Shown here one piece after another: positions 42,201 through 51,073 of a stretch of DNA of 64,000 nt (positions are counted from its first letter, which is position 1; every line of letters starts with the position of its first letter). A program made the position numbers and the translations under genes. The DNA is from Lentisphaeria bacterium. Lineage in GTDB: Bacteria; Verrucomicrobiota; Lentisphaeria; JABSQK01; JAWLHB01. The DNA lies in the NCBI GenBank assembly GCA_041690595.1, contig JAWLHB010000011.1, positions 124,001 through 188,000 of the forward strand, written 5' to 3'. Under the pieces are notes generated by a model. That model saw nothing but the letters and a program-made list of their open reading frames with translations, searched no databases and was not told the DNA's origin.

Positions 42201-42388
42201 CCCGCATGAATGGCATCGAAGCGACCCGACAGATCAAGCAGAAGCACCCATGGATCTCCATTATCGGTCTCTCCTTTCATGAAGAGGCCGCCCTGGCCGA
42301 GGAAATGCGCGCTGCCGGCGCGACCGCCTACCTGCGCAAGGGCGGAGACGCCAAAGAGCTTCTGAAGACCATGCGCGAAGTCAACTGA
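39224..42388 (+). CDS. Multi-PAS hybrid histidine kinase with C-terminal NarL-type receiver
   Basis: About five PAS/PAC repeats, LHDGLQQ, NAVKHS, DQGHGFD, receiver ADDH..MDVDMP..YLRK; no TM. Confidence 0.92.
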   Translation: MTRSDHSRENEEEHAPIARHARLVDQGAELQVVIENAPVGIGVTDREGRCLFLNDAGLRMHGCASMDELLDLLERYQEAFELRYTDGRLMPHDEWPLAKALRGELVHDYSVLLRRLPDGDERTITYSSMLLPTRSESTELLAFLMHDLTEQKRIEERLKRTLAQSEAIYNHMTEGLVIFDPDGNLVDMNPASLAIHGLDSVADLRRHLDTLTDFFEIRDLDDKLLPTEEWPIGRVLRGEIFDRYEVKVRRLDTGRSWIGSYGGTPVHDDQGRLLLAIVTLRDVTEQKKAEEQLMSTTRRLETTLTATEVGTWHWDIVGNTIIGDRNLVRLFDLDDEEMAATVDNYLEQIVEEDRERVRGAINQVLANGGPFEEEYRVRLGGGRIRWLHARGAVELDDEGEAVAFPGVAIDITARKRVERERDRFFELSLDMLGIASLRDESWKRVNPAFSSTLGWTRDELLRMQIFSLVHPDDVAMSRQMIVELNAGKPLAKFEHRMRCKDGSYRWIAWNTAPYRAEDLLYCVGRDTTQQREAEEKLRQSEATLNAVLDALPVGVVITDVNGAVIRDNEAHRKLWGMPPRTESIAQFDQWEGYWPESHQRIEVHEWAMARALLNGEVTVGELIECKRFDSGERRFLLNNAAPVRDSNGQIIAGVAAELDVTERRQAEQALEEAHEDLEKRVAERTIELERQNQKLRRLANQLTQAEHVERQRLGRNLHDGLQQLLVAAKMQLSLCRGDRTARSIEALGRLLDESISASRSLSYELSPPALHYSSLSEALEWLTRWFRENHHFQVQLRVDESLPNVPYHDKIFLFNAIRELLLNAVKHSGANTATVNLYCKTPDELRVDVSDQGHGFDAGKLVESLDAGGFGLFSIRERLQALGGDFTLDSKPGVGTTIILSLPLLQIEDQEEPTSEAVAATASESPLERHVRKDRTLRVVIADDHVIFREGLIALLERERDLVLVGEAKDGVEAIERADELRPHVILMDVDMPRMNGIEATRQIKQKHPWISIIGLSFHEEAALAEEMRAAGATAYLRKGGDAKELLKTMREVN

Positions 42389-42394
42389 CCTTCC

Positions 42395-42500
42395 CCGATC
42401 TGTCCGATCCGCCTGATCCGCCTGATCTGCCTGATCTGTCCGATCCGCCTGATCCGCCTGATCCGCCTGATCTGTCCGATCCGCCTGATCTCTGATCCGC
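42395..42500. repeat. 9-bp tandem array C(C/T)GATC(C/T)G(C/T), about 11 units
   Basis: ccgatctgt ccgatccgc ctgatccgc ctgatctgc ... read directly. Confidence 0.9.
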
Positions 42501-42601
42501 ATGCTCTTGTCGCTGGTTGCGGTTTCAACTTGGCGATTCGATGCTACCTTTGGGGGCAACTTTCCCACCGAAAGACCCCAAGCAGCCGGGCCCTTACCCT
42601 T

Positions 42602-43957
42602 ATGAGCGAATCGAGCCGCTATGAAGAGCTGGCGCGCCTGGACAAGGCGCATCTCTGGCACCCCTTTACCCAGATGCAGGAGTATGCGGCCGACGCCCCC
42701 CTGATCGTCGAGCGGGGGGATGGTCTCTTCCTCTTTGACGTGGAGGGACGGCGCTACTACGACGCGGTCTCCTCCATCTGGCTCAACGTCCACGGCCACC
42801 GCGTGCCGGAGATCGACGCGGCGATCCGCGAGCAGTTGGAGAAGGTCGCCCATTCGACCCTGCTGGGGCAGGCGAACGTGCCCTCCATCCTGCTGGCGGA
42901 GCAGTTGGTCGCCATCCTGCCGGAAGGGCTTACCCATGTCTTCTACTCCGACAGCGGCTCCGAATCCGTGGAGATCGCGTTGAAGATGGCGTACCAGTAC
43001 TGGCGCCATGTGGGGCAGCCCGGGCGGACGCGCTTCATCGCCATGCGCGATGCCTACCACGGCGATACCATTGGCGCCGTCAGCATCGGCGGTATCGAGC
43101 TTTTTCACGGGGCCTTTCGCGACCTGCTCTTTCCAACGCTGCGGGCGCCGTATCCCCATGCCTATCGCTTCGACGGGGACGAGGCTGCCTGCAAGGCCCA
43201 TTGCCTGGCGGAGCTGGAGCGTCTCCTGATAGAGCATGCGGGGGAGGTCTGCGGGCTGGTGCTGGAGCCGCTGGTGGCGGGCGCGGCCGGGATCGTCACC
43301 ATGCCGGAAGGTTTTCTGCGCGAAGCTGCCGACCTCTGCCGGCGCCATGATACCCTGCTTCTGGCCGATGAAGTCGCCACCGGTTTCGGCCGCACCGGCC
43401 GGATGTTCGCCTGCGAACATGAAGGGGTTGCGCCCGATATCCTGATGACCGCCAAGGGGATCACCGGCGGCTACCTGCCGCTGGCCGCCACCGTTGCCAA
43501 CGACCGGATCTACAACGCCTTCCTGGGAACCCACGCCGAGGCCAAAACCTTCTTTCACGGCCATTCCTACACGGGCAACCAGCTTGCCTGCGCGGCCGCC
43601 CTCGCCAACCTCGAGCTTTTCCGGCGCAACGGCATTGTCGCCCATGTGGCAGCCGTGAGCGACGCGATAGGGGAGGAGCTGCGGAGCTGGCGCGAGTTGC
43701 CGCACGTGGGCGATGTGCGCGGCAGAGGCTTCATGTGGGGTATCGAGCTGATCGCCGACAAGGAGGCGGGGCTCGACTATCCATGGGAGGCGCGGATGGG
43801 AGCCAGGATCTGCCGCCGCTGCCGCGACCTCGGGATGCTCGTGCGCCCCCTCGGCAACGTCCTCGTCTTCATGCCACCACTCGCCGCCACTTCCGATCAC
43901 TTACAGGCCATGATGGCGATTTACCGCCAGGCCATCATCGAACTCACTCAACCCTGA
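42602..43957 (+). CDS. bioA: 7,8-diaminononanoate aminotransferase
   Basis: LWHPFTQM, DSGSESVEIALKMA, YHGDT, ADEVATGFGRTG, AKGITGG, HGHSYTGN; adjacent to bioB. Confidence 0.95.
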   Translation: MSESSRYEELARLDKAHLWHPFTQMQEYAADAPLIVERGDGLFLFDVEGRRYYDAVSSIWLNVHGHRVPEIDAAIREQLEKVAHSTLLGQANVPSILLAEQLVAILPEGLTHVFYSDSGSESVEIALKMAYQYWRHVGQPGRTRFIAMRDAYHGDTIGAVSIGGIELFHGAFRDLLFPTLRAPYPHAYRFDGDEAACKAHCLAELERLLIEHAGEVCGLVLEPLVAGAAGIVTMPEGFLREAADLCRRHDTLLLADEVATGFGRTGRMFACEHEGVAPDILMTAKGITGGYLPLAATVANDRIYNAFLGTHAEAKTFFHGHSYTGNQLACAAALANLELFRRNGIVAHVAAVSDAIGEELRSWRELPHVGDVRGRGFMWGIELIADKEAGLDYPWEARMGARICRRCRDLGMLVRPLGNVLVFMPPLAATSDHLQAMMAIYRQAIIELTQP

Positions 43958-43984
43958 TATTCATTCGAGCAAGGAGCTAAGCCC

Positions 43985-45001
43985 ATGTCCACCTCGACTC
44001 TCACCTCACCCGCCATCGCTGCTGACTGGAATCGGCTGGCGGACAAGGCCCTCGCCGGCGACATCCTCACCGATGACGAAGCCATGAGCGTGCTGCATGC
44101 CGACGATACCGAGATCCTCGCCCTTCTCCATGCCGCCTACCGCGTCCGCCGCCACTACTTCGGCAACCGGATCAAGCTCAACATGCTGCTCAATGCCAAG
44201 AGCGGACACTGCCCCGAAGACTGCAACTACTGCTCCCAGTCGAGCGTCTCGGATGCGCCCATCGACAGCTACCCGATGCAGGAGACCGATGCCATCGTGG
44301 CGGGAGCCCGTCGCGCGCTGGCCGCGGGCGCGAGCACCTACTGCATCGTCTGCAGCGGTCGCGGCCCCAATCCCCGCACCCTCGACACCGTCATCGATGC
44401 CGTCAAGGCGATCAAGCAGGAGATGCCCCTCAAGCTCTGCGCCTGCCTCGGCCTCCTGACCGACGACCAGGCACGGCGGCTGAAGGACGCCGGCGTCGAC
44501 CGCTACAACCACAACCTCAACACCAGTCAAGCCAACTACGAGAAGGTCTGCACGACCCACACCTACGCGGACCGCGTGGGCACGGTCGAGCGCAGCGTGG
44601 CCGCGGGCCTCTCCGCGTGCAGCGGCATCATCGTGGGCATGGGCGAGACGGAGCTGGAACTGATCGGCATGGCCCGCCACCTGCGCGACCTGGGCGCCGA
44701 GTCGATCCCTGTCAATCTGCTGCATCCGGTCGACGGCACCCCCATGGGAAGCGCCGGCGAAGTGCGGCCCCTATTCGCCCTCAAGGTGCTCGCCGCTTTC
44801 CGCCTCCTCTGCCCCGACCGCGAGATCCGCGTCGCCGGCGGAAGAGAATCTACTCTGCGCAGCATGCAGCCCCTCGCATTTTACGCCGCCAATTCTATGT
44901 TTGTAGGGGACTATCTGACGACAGATGGTCAGGCGATCGATGCGGACCACAAGATGATCGAAGACATGGGGTTTACCATTGAACGACCAGGTGAAGGCTG
45001 A
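43985..45001 (+). CDS. bioB: Biotin synthase (radical SAM)
   Basis: CPEDCNYCSQS, YNHNLNT, CSGIIVGMGE, IRVAGGRE. Confidence 0.97.
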   Translation: MSTSTLTSPAIAADWNRLADKALAGDILTDDEAMSVLHADDTEILALLHAAYRVRRHYFGNRIKLNMLLNAKSGHCPEDCNYCSQSSVSDAPIDSYPMQETDAIVAGARRALAAGASTYCIVCSGRGPNPRTLDTVIDAVKAIKQEMPLKLCACLGLLTDDQARRLKDAGVDRYNHNLNTSQANYEKVCTTHTYADRVGTVERSVAAGLSACSGIIVGMGETELELIGMARHLRDLGAESIPVNLLHPVDGTPMGSAGEVRPLFALKVLAAFRLLCPDREIRVAGGRESTLRSMQPLAFYAANSMFVGDYLTTDGQAIDADHKMIEDMGFTIERPGEG

Positions 45002-46118
45002 AGCGGTGGCGACGGCGGAACTGCCGGCGTCGCGGGTGGTGCTCGAGGTGGATCTTGCCAAGCTCAAGCGCAACTATCGGCGCATCGCCGAGGCGGTGGC
45101 GCCGCGCCGGGTGATGGCGGTGCTCAAGGCGAACGCCTATGGTCTGGGGGTGTCGCGGATCGCGCCGGCGCTGGTGGAGGCTGGCGTGCATGCCATCGGC
45201 GTGGCGGAGGTCCGCGAGGCGGTGGCGATCAAGCACCTCGGGGTCCCCGTGCAGGTGCTCGGCGGGCTGATCGGCCCGGAGATCCCAATTGTGGTGGCCG
45301 AAGGAATCGTCGCCCCCATCACCGACCTGGCGACCGCCGAGGCGCTCAGCGCCGAAGCCTGCCGACAGGGCCGCGAGGTCGAATGCCATTTCCTCATCGA
45401 CACGGGCATGGGGCGCCTCGGCATCCTCCTCGCCGAAGCCGAAACCGTCATCCGCCAGGCGGTGCGCCTGCCGGGGCTGCGCTGCTCCGGCATCTATTCC
45501 CACTTCCCCTTCGCCTATGGCGACTATGCCTTCAGCTACGACCAGATCAACGACTTTCGCCGCCTCCTCCAGGCCCTCCACGCCCATGGCATCGACTTCT
45601 CCTGGATCCACATGGCCAACAGCGACGGCATCAACAACATCCCCGAATCCTGCGAAGGGCCCTTCAACCTCGTTCGCACCGGCATCAACCTCTATGGGGT
45701 CTTCGACCTGGAGGGAAAGCAGCGGCTCGATCTGGAGCCGGTTCTCTCCCTGAAGGCGCGCCTCGTTGCCGTCCGCGAGATGCCGCGCGGCGCCACCATC
45801 GGCTATGGGAGGACCTGCACGCTCAAGCACAACACGCGCGTGGGCACCATCGCCATCGGCTATGCCGACGGCCTCCCGCTCGGCATGTCGAACAAGGGCT
45901 GCGTCATGGTCCGGGGGGTGCAGTGCCCGATTCTTGGCCGGGTCTCGATGGACTATACGACCGTCTCGCTCGAGAACGTGCCCGAGGCCCAGGTGGGGGA
46001 CGAGGTCATCTGTCTCGGCGACCGGATCACCGTCGGCGATTGGGCCAAGTACAAGGGGACGATCACCTACGAGGTCATCTGCTCGATCGGGAACCGTGTG
46101 GAGCGGCGCTACATCTGA
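44979..46118 (+). CDS. alr: Alanine racemase family protein
   Basis: VLKANAYG (PLP Lys), DTGMGRLG, SHF, ANS, VRTG, IGYG (catalytic Tyr), GYADG, GRVSMD, TITYE; start TTG 44979 or GTG 44991. Confidence 0.88.
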   Translation: MNDQVKAEAVATAELPASRVVLEVDLAKLKRNYRRIAEAVAPRRVMAVLKANAYGLGVSRIAPALVEAGVHAIGVAEVREAVAIKHLGVPVQVLGGLIGPEIPIVVAEGIVAPITDLATAEALSAEACRQGREVECHFLIDTGMGRLGILLAEAETVIRQAVRLPGLRCSGIYSHFPFAYGDYAFSYDQINDFRRLLQALHAHGIDFSWIHMANSDGINNIPESCEGPFNLVRTGINLYGVFDLEGKQRLDLEPVLSLKARLVAVREMPRGATIGYGRTCTLKHNTRVGTIAIGYADGLPLGMSNKGCVMVRGVQCPILGRVSMDYTTVSLENVPEAQVGDEVICLGDRITVGDWAKYKGTITYEVICSIGNRVERRYI

Positions 46119-46133
46119 CGCCGTCATCTCCGC

Positions 46134-47828
46134 TCACTGGCTCTTGCTGAGCAGGTCCCCTTCGATCAACTGACCGCTCTGGATGCGGGCCGTGTGGGTC
46201 ACCCCATGGTTGACCGGGATCTCCACCCAGAAGGTCGTGCTCTTCTCCTGGCAGGAGATGGAGATGCGGCCGTTGTGCCCCGAGGCAATGCGCCGGCAGA
46301 CGGCCAGCCCCAGGCCGGTCCCCCGGTCCCCCTTGGTGGTGTGGAAGCTTTCGAAGATGACCTCGCGCTCCGGTTCCGGGACGCCGATACCGTTGTCCGT
46401 CACGCTGATCACCAGCGTGTCGGTCTCCTGATCGATGGAGGCATCGATGTGGATGCGGCCCGCGCCGGATTCGCCATGCTTCTGGCGCACCGAGTCGATG
46501 GCATTGTTGAGCAGGTTGAGGAGGATGCGGTGCAGCCCCTGGTTGTCGATGTCCGCCATGATGGTCGCGGGCTCCGGCTCGAAGACGATCTCGATGTTGT
46601 CGTCCTTCACCTGGTTGCGGGAGAGGGCGACCACGTCCTTGACGATGTCGACGGCGTTGTGGCGGGCGAAGCTCAGCTTCAACTCCTTACTCAGGCTCAG
46701 CAGGTCGAGCATCAGGGAGGAGAGGCGCCGGTGATTGGAGTTGAGGATCTGCCAGGCGGCGTCCATCGTCTTGTGGTTGTCGCCGTCCATGCCGAGACGA
46801 AGCAGCGAGATGCTCCCTTCCAGACCGGCGAGGATGTTCTTCACGTAATGGGCGAGCCCCGCGGCGGTCAGCCCAATGGCGGCCATGCGCTCCGCCTGGA
46901 CATTGCGCGCCATCAACCGGCTGTTCTCGATCGCCATGGCCGCGGACTGCGCGATGGCCGAGAGCAGCCGCAGATCGTCATGCTCGAAAATGTGGGATCC
47001 CTGCGTGGACATCACGTAGATCATGCCCAGCAGTTCGCCGCCCGCAAGCAGGGGCGCGCACATGATGCTGTTCATCTTCATGCCCGACACATAGGTCTGG
47101 TTGATGCTCGTATCGTCCGTCTTGTCCGAGGAGAGAACGGACTGATGATGCTCGCGCACGTAGTTGATCATCGAGCCGCTGATGTAGGCCGAGACGTGCT
47201 CGCGGGCGTCCTTGATCTCTGTCTCCCGGGCGACGGGGATCAGGCCGCTGCCCTTGGCGTCGAGGAGGAGCAGGTAGGCGATATCGCTGGGGACGACGCG
47301 GGTGATGATGCCGAGGATGCGCGAATACATCTCATCGTCGCTCACTTCGCTGCGCAGCAGCCCCTGGACCTCGTAGATGGCGGCCAGCTTCTCCCGCTCG
47401 CGGCGCATCTGCCCTTCGCCACCCTCGCGGGCGATGGTGAGGCTCTCCATCGATCCGGGATCGAGCCAGAAGGAGATCATCGTCTGGTCGAATTGTCCTT
47501 CGTCGGCGACGGGGCAGGGGATAAAGAGCTCGAGGACGGTCTTGCCGACGCGGAAGCGCTGGCCCGAGAGCAGGCGGGTGGGCATGGTGACGGCCTGCCC
47601 CTGGATCCAGGTGCCGTTGGTGCTGGCCATGTCTTCCACGTACCAGCCATCCATCGCCTTGAAGAGGCGCGCGTGTTGTCGCGACAAGAGGCGGTCCCCA
47701 AGGGTCAGGTCGGCCTTCGAGCCCCGGCCGATGACCATGGCGTCGCTCTTGACCTGCACTTCGAGCCCCGTATCGGGCCCCGCGACGATATTCAGCGCTG
47801 GATGTTGTTTCGGCATCTTTCTCACCAT
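46134..47828 (-). CDS. FHA-GAF-histidine kinase
   Basis: FHA (IGR..SRQHA..STNGT), GAF (SIMCAPL..LGMIY), HisKA (LAHYVKN), HATPase (NAID, DNGIG, GTGLGL). Confidence 0.9.
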   Translation of the reverse strand: MVRKMPKQHPALNIVAGPDTGLEVQVKSDAMVIGRGSKADLTLGDRLLSRQHARLFKAMDGWYVEDMASTNGTWIQGQAVTMPTRLLSGQRFRVGKTVLELFIPCPVADEGQFDQTMISFWLDPGSMESLTIAREGGEGQMRREREKLAAIYEVQGLLRSEVSDDEMYSRILGIITRVVPSDIAYLLLLDAKGSGLIPVARETEIKDAREHVSAYISGSMINYVREHHQSVLSSDKTDDTSINQTYVSGMKMNSIMCAPLLAGGELLGMIYVMSTQGSHIFEHDDLRLLSAIAQSAAMAIENSRLMARNVQAERMAAIGLTAAGLAHYVKNILAGLEGSISLLRLGMDGDNHKTMDAAWQILNSNHRRLSSLMLDLLSLSKELKLSFARHNAVDIVKDVVALSRNQVKDDNIEIVFEPEPATIMADIDNQGLHRILLNLLNNAIDSVRQKHGESGAGRIHIDASIDQETDTLVISVTDNGIGVPEPEREVIFESFHTTKGDRGTGLGLAVCRRIASGHNGRISISCQEKSTTFWVEIPVNHGVTHTARIQSGQLIEGDLLSKSQ

Positions 47829-47853
47829 TTCACTCAGACAGTATCACCGCACC

Positions 47854-48828
47854 TTAAGAAAGTAAAATACGCACGTTGAGGGGAGGCTGCAGCGCGCGGC
47901 CGGCGATGGCGGCCAGCTCGTCGCGAAAAGCGGTCGCCTGCCGTGGCGGCATGGGCATGATCTCACCGGTAAGGGATTCGATCCCCTGGAGGGTGAGGCG
48001 CACGGGCAGCCCGCCGGGTTCGCGGCTCTGAACCCGCTGGTCGATGATGGCGCACAGGCGGTGGATGAGCGTGGCGAGGTCGCGGCAGGCCTGGTCGAAG
48101 GCGGGCAGAAGGGCCAGCTCCGTGGGCGGCTTGCCCGCCAGCTCGGTAGCGAGACGGGCCATCGGCAGCTCCGCGGCCAGCGTCGGCAGCAGACGGCTCA
48201 CCGGCTTCACTCGCAGGCCCGCCGTCAGCAGCGCATCGCCGGCATGTTCCGCCAGCATCACCTGCATCTGTTCGGGAGAGATCAGCCAGCAGTGATGAAA
48301 AGGGGCATCCTCGCGCTCGGCCGGCTCGGCGTGCACCTGCATCTGCCACCAGATCTCGCGGGCGAGCGCCTGAATGAAGGGCGCGCCCGCGAAGCGCAAA
48401 GAGAGGCTCTCCAGTGCCTGGCGCAGCCGATCGATCAGGCTATCCAGCGGCTTGTTGAGAAAAAAAGGATCGGCGCGCAGCAGCTCGGTCAGGTCGACGG
48501 CGGCGAGCCGCAGCCGGTCTTCCCCGGCATTGGGCGGAAGCACCTGGCGCTCATGCTGAAAGCGGGCGGCGACCTCGTGCAGGCCGGAGTCGAGGAGGAG
48601 CTGCACCACCAGCGCGTCGACTTCCTCGACCGCGGCCGGCTGTTGGCGACTGGCGCGCATGGCGCAGAAGCGGCGCACCACCTCGGCGACATCGTCCGCC
48701 AGGTTGACGCGGGAGAAGCCGGTGGCGCGGCAGCAGCGCTGCACCAGGATCCGCCATTCATCCAGGGCATGCGCCGTCACCGCCGCCCCTTCGCGAACCA
48801 GCACCCCTTCTTCCTGCAACTTGATCAT
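47854..48828 (-). CDS. Hypothetical protein with possible degenerate N-terminal ATP-cone
   Basis: 324-aa ORF co-oriented downstream of nrdR; ADDVAEVV...VEEVDALVVQLLLDSGLHEVA resembles ATP-cone helices. Confidence 0.5.
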   Translation of the reverse strand: MIKLQEEGVLVREGAAVTAHALDEWRILVQRCCRATGFSRVNLADDVAEVVRRFCAMRASRQQPAAVEEVDALVVQLLLDSGLHEVAARFQHERQVLPPNAGEDRLRLAAVDLTELLRADPFFLNKPLDSLIDRLRQALESLSLRFAGAPFIQALAREIWWQMQVHAEPAEREDAPFHHCWLISPEQMQVMLAEHAGDALLTAGLRVKPVSRLLPTLAAELPMARLATELAGKPPTELALLPAFDQACRDLATLIHRLCAIIDQRVQSREPGGLPVRLTLQGIESLTGEIMPMPPRQATAFRDELAAIAGRALQPPLNVRILLS

Positions 48829-48870
48829 ACGCTCCCCGCGCGACGCCCGAACGCCGCTTGCCCGTACTCG

Positions 48871-49332
48871 TTACTGGTCGTCGTGACCACGCATCAGTTG
48901 AATCTCTTCGATGAATTGCTCGGCATCCTTGAACTGGCGATAGACCGAAGCAAAGCGCACGTAGGCTACCTGGTCGAGGTTGGCCAGCTCCTTCATCACG
49001 ATCAGCCCGATCGTCTTGCTCGACAGTTCCCGTTCGCCCATCCGCTCGATCTGCTGGAGGATGTTCGACATCGCGATGTCGAGCTGCTGCGTGCGCACCG
49101 GCCGTTTCCAGCAGGCACGCTCGACCCCCGCCCGGATCTTCGCCGGGTTGAACTCCACCCGCCGCTGATCCCGCTTGATCACGTAAATTTCGGTCGGCAC
49201 CAGCTCTTCCAGCGTGGTGAAGCGATGATCGCAGCGATCGCACTCGCGGCGTCGACGCACGGAATTTCCTTCCTTGGAATTCCGGCTGTCCACCACTTTC
49301 ACCTCATCGCAGCCACACTTGGGACACTTCAT
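48871..49332 (-). CDS. nrdR: Transcriptional repressor NrdR
   Basis: MKCPKC..KVVDSR..VRRRREC..C..RFTT.E and VAYVRFASVYRQF. Confidence 0.98.
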   Translation of the reverse strand: MKCPKCGCDEVKVVDSRNSKEGNSVRRRRECDRCDHRFTTLEELVPTEIYVIKRDQRRVEFNPAKIRAGVERACWKRPVRTQQLDIAMSNILQQIERMGERELSSKTIGLIVMKELANLDQVAYVRFASVYRQFKDAEQFIEEIQLMRGHDDQ

Positions 49333-49345
49333 CCGTCGCTTATCC

Positions 49346-50137
49346 TCAACTCGGGCTCATCCTGGCAATCCGTTCGATCCCTGTCGCTCGGCCGGAAGTC
49401 GGATCGAACTCCACCACCGCGCCGCATAACAATACATCCGTATCCACCACTTTAAACCGGCGCGGCATGCCAGTTGACATCCGGTGGATCACCGCCCGGA
49501 TATCGCGGCCGAGAATCGACTCCTGACTCCCCACCATGCCCAGGTCGCAGATGAAGGCCGTCCCCTTGGGCAGGACCCGCTCATCTGCCGTCTGCACGTG
49601 CGTGTGCGTACCCCAGACCGCCGTCACTCGCCCCTCCAGGTAGCGTCCGATGGCGATCTTCTCGCTCGTCGCTTCCGCATGGATGTCCACGAAGATGTTG
49701 CGCACCTGCCGCTGCTTGAGGTCCTCGAGGATGCGGTCGGCGGCGGTGAAGGGGTTGTCGCTCTGGGCGTTCACGAAGACGCGCCCGATCAGGTCGATCA
49801 CGGCGATCTCCGTACCATCCGGACTCTGAAAGACCCCGTAGCCGCGGCCGGGTTGGGCCGGCGGGAAGTTGGCCGGGCGCAGAACCGCCGGGTAGTTGGC
49901 GATCTGGTGCTCGAACTCCTTCTGGTCCCAGACGTGATCGCCGGTCGTGATCACGTCGACGCCCGCGTCGAGGATCTCCCGCACGCACTTTTCGGTCATG
50001 CCCGCTCCGCCCGCGCTGTTCTCGCCATTGGCAATGCAGAAGCTGCACCCGAATTCTTCTCTCAGTGCCGGGACGAGGTGACGGACCGCCATGCGGCCCC
50101 CTTTCCCCACGATGTCTCCAATCAGTAATAAACGCAT
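49346..50137 (-). CDS. ymdB: YmdB-family metallophosphoesterase
   Basis: GDIVG, NGEN.AGG.G, TTGDH, DIHAEATSEK, GTHTHVQTADE. Confidence 0.93.
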   Translation of the reverse strand: MRLLLIGDIVGKGGRMAVRHLVPALREEFGCSFCIANGENSAGGAGMTEKCVREILDAGVDVITTGDHVWDQKEFEHQIANYPAVLRPANFPPAQPGRGYGVFQSPDGTEIAVIDLIGRVFVNAQSDNPFTAADRILEDLKQRQVRNIFVDIHAEATSEKIAIGRYLEGRVTAVWGTHTHVQTADERVLPKGTAFICDLGMVGSQESILGRDIRAVIHRMSTGMPRRFKVVDTDVLLCGAVVEFDPTSGRATGIERIARMSPS

Positions 50138-50265
50138 ATCCGTATACCGCGGCCTTTCATGTCACGTTGAAACTTCAAAACGATTCGTCATACCATGCCC
50201 GTACTTTGCCTCAATTGCCACCCTTGCCGCTCTCTGAGCAGCGGATCATCCCAAAAGGTTGCCAG

Positions 50266-50967
50266 CCACATTGCCGGGCCTGTCGAGCTAACCCTCCGGA
50301 AATGTGCCAGGGCTTGTGATCATGCAGTGCCAGATGCAGCCGGTGGTGCCACCCATTGTATGGTGGCCACCAATAAGGTGGGAGGCGTTCTCCGAACGGC
50401 GATCATGCGCACAGCCAACTCCACTCAATCCAGAAAATCCCCCCAACCGTAGCTGTTTCATCCCCTTTATGAGGCCGGGCCAGCCAGTCTGAAGCCTGCC
50501 GCCGGTGGCCACCATCACGTGGGTGGCCACTCATAATGTGGGAGGCGTTCTCCGAACGGCGATCATGCGCATGGCCAACTCCACTCAATCCAGAAAATCC
50601 CACCAAACATTGCTGCACCATTCCCCTTTATGATGTCCGGCCTGTCGAGGCTGAAGACTGGTGTAATTGTGCTCATGCGGGGAGATGGCAATACACCAGT
50701 CGCGGTTCGGAGAACCCCTCCTACATTGGCCGGCCCTGCCACCTCAGTGAGGTGGGAAAATGCTGCTGCACCATTCTTTATGAGGCCGGGCCTGTCGAAG
50801 CTGAGTCTGGTGTAATTGTTCTCACGCGGAGAGGTGGCAATACCCCAGTCGCGGTTCCGAGAACCCCTCCCACATTGCCAAAGCCCAGTCGCGGTTCCGA
50901 GAACCCCTCCCACATTGCCAAAGCCCAATCGCGGTTCGGAGAACCACTCCCACCTTGCCGGGCCTGG
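50266..50967. repeat. REP cluster 1 (6 REPs)
   Basis: Forward REPs at 50378 and 50538; reverse REPs at 50700, 50849, 50889 and 50929. Confidence 0.9.
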
Positions 50968-51073
50968 ATTCCTGCCCGGTTGGCTTGCATTCCGGCAGAC
51001 GGCCAGATATTTTCACTCCTTCACAGCGGTCCCGCGTCAGCCTCAACCTGTCAACCTGCAAGAGCCGATAATC

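Noticed and set aside
42500..42601. BirA operator upstream of bioA
   Set aside because: No TGTAA-N-TTACA-type palindrome found
40622..43900. 1092-aa minus-strand ORF spanning the 9-bp array
   Set aside because: Antisense shadow of the hybrid kinase and bioA; the in-frame DQA repeat is incidental
50195..51073. ORFs beginning MWEAFSERRS / containing VGGVLRTA in clusters 1-3
   Set aside because: Translations of the repeat DNA in inconsistent frames; no coding signature
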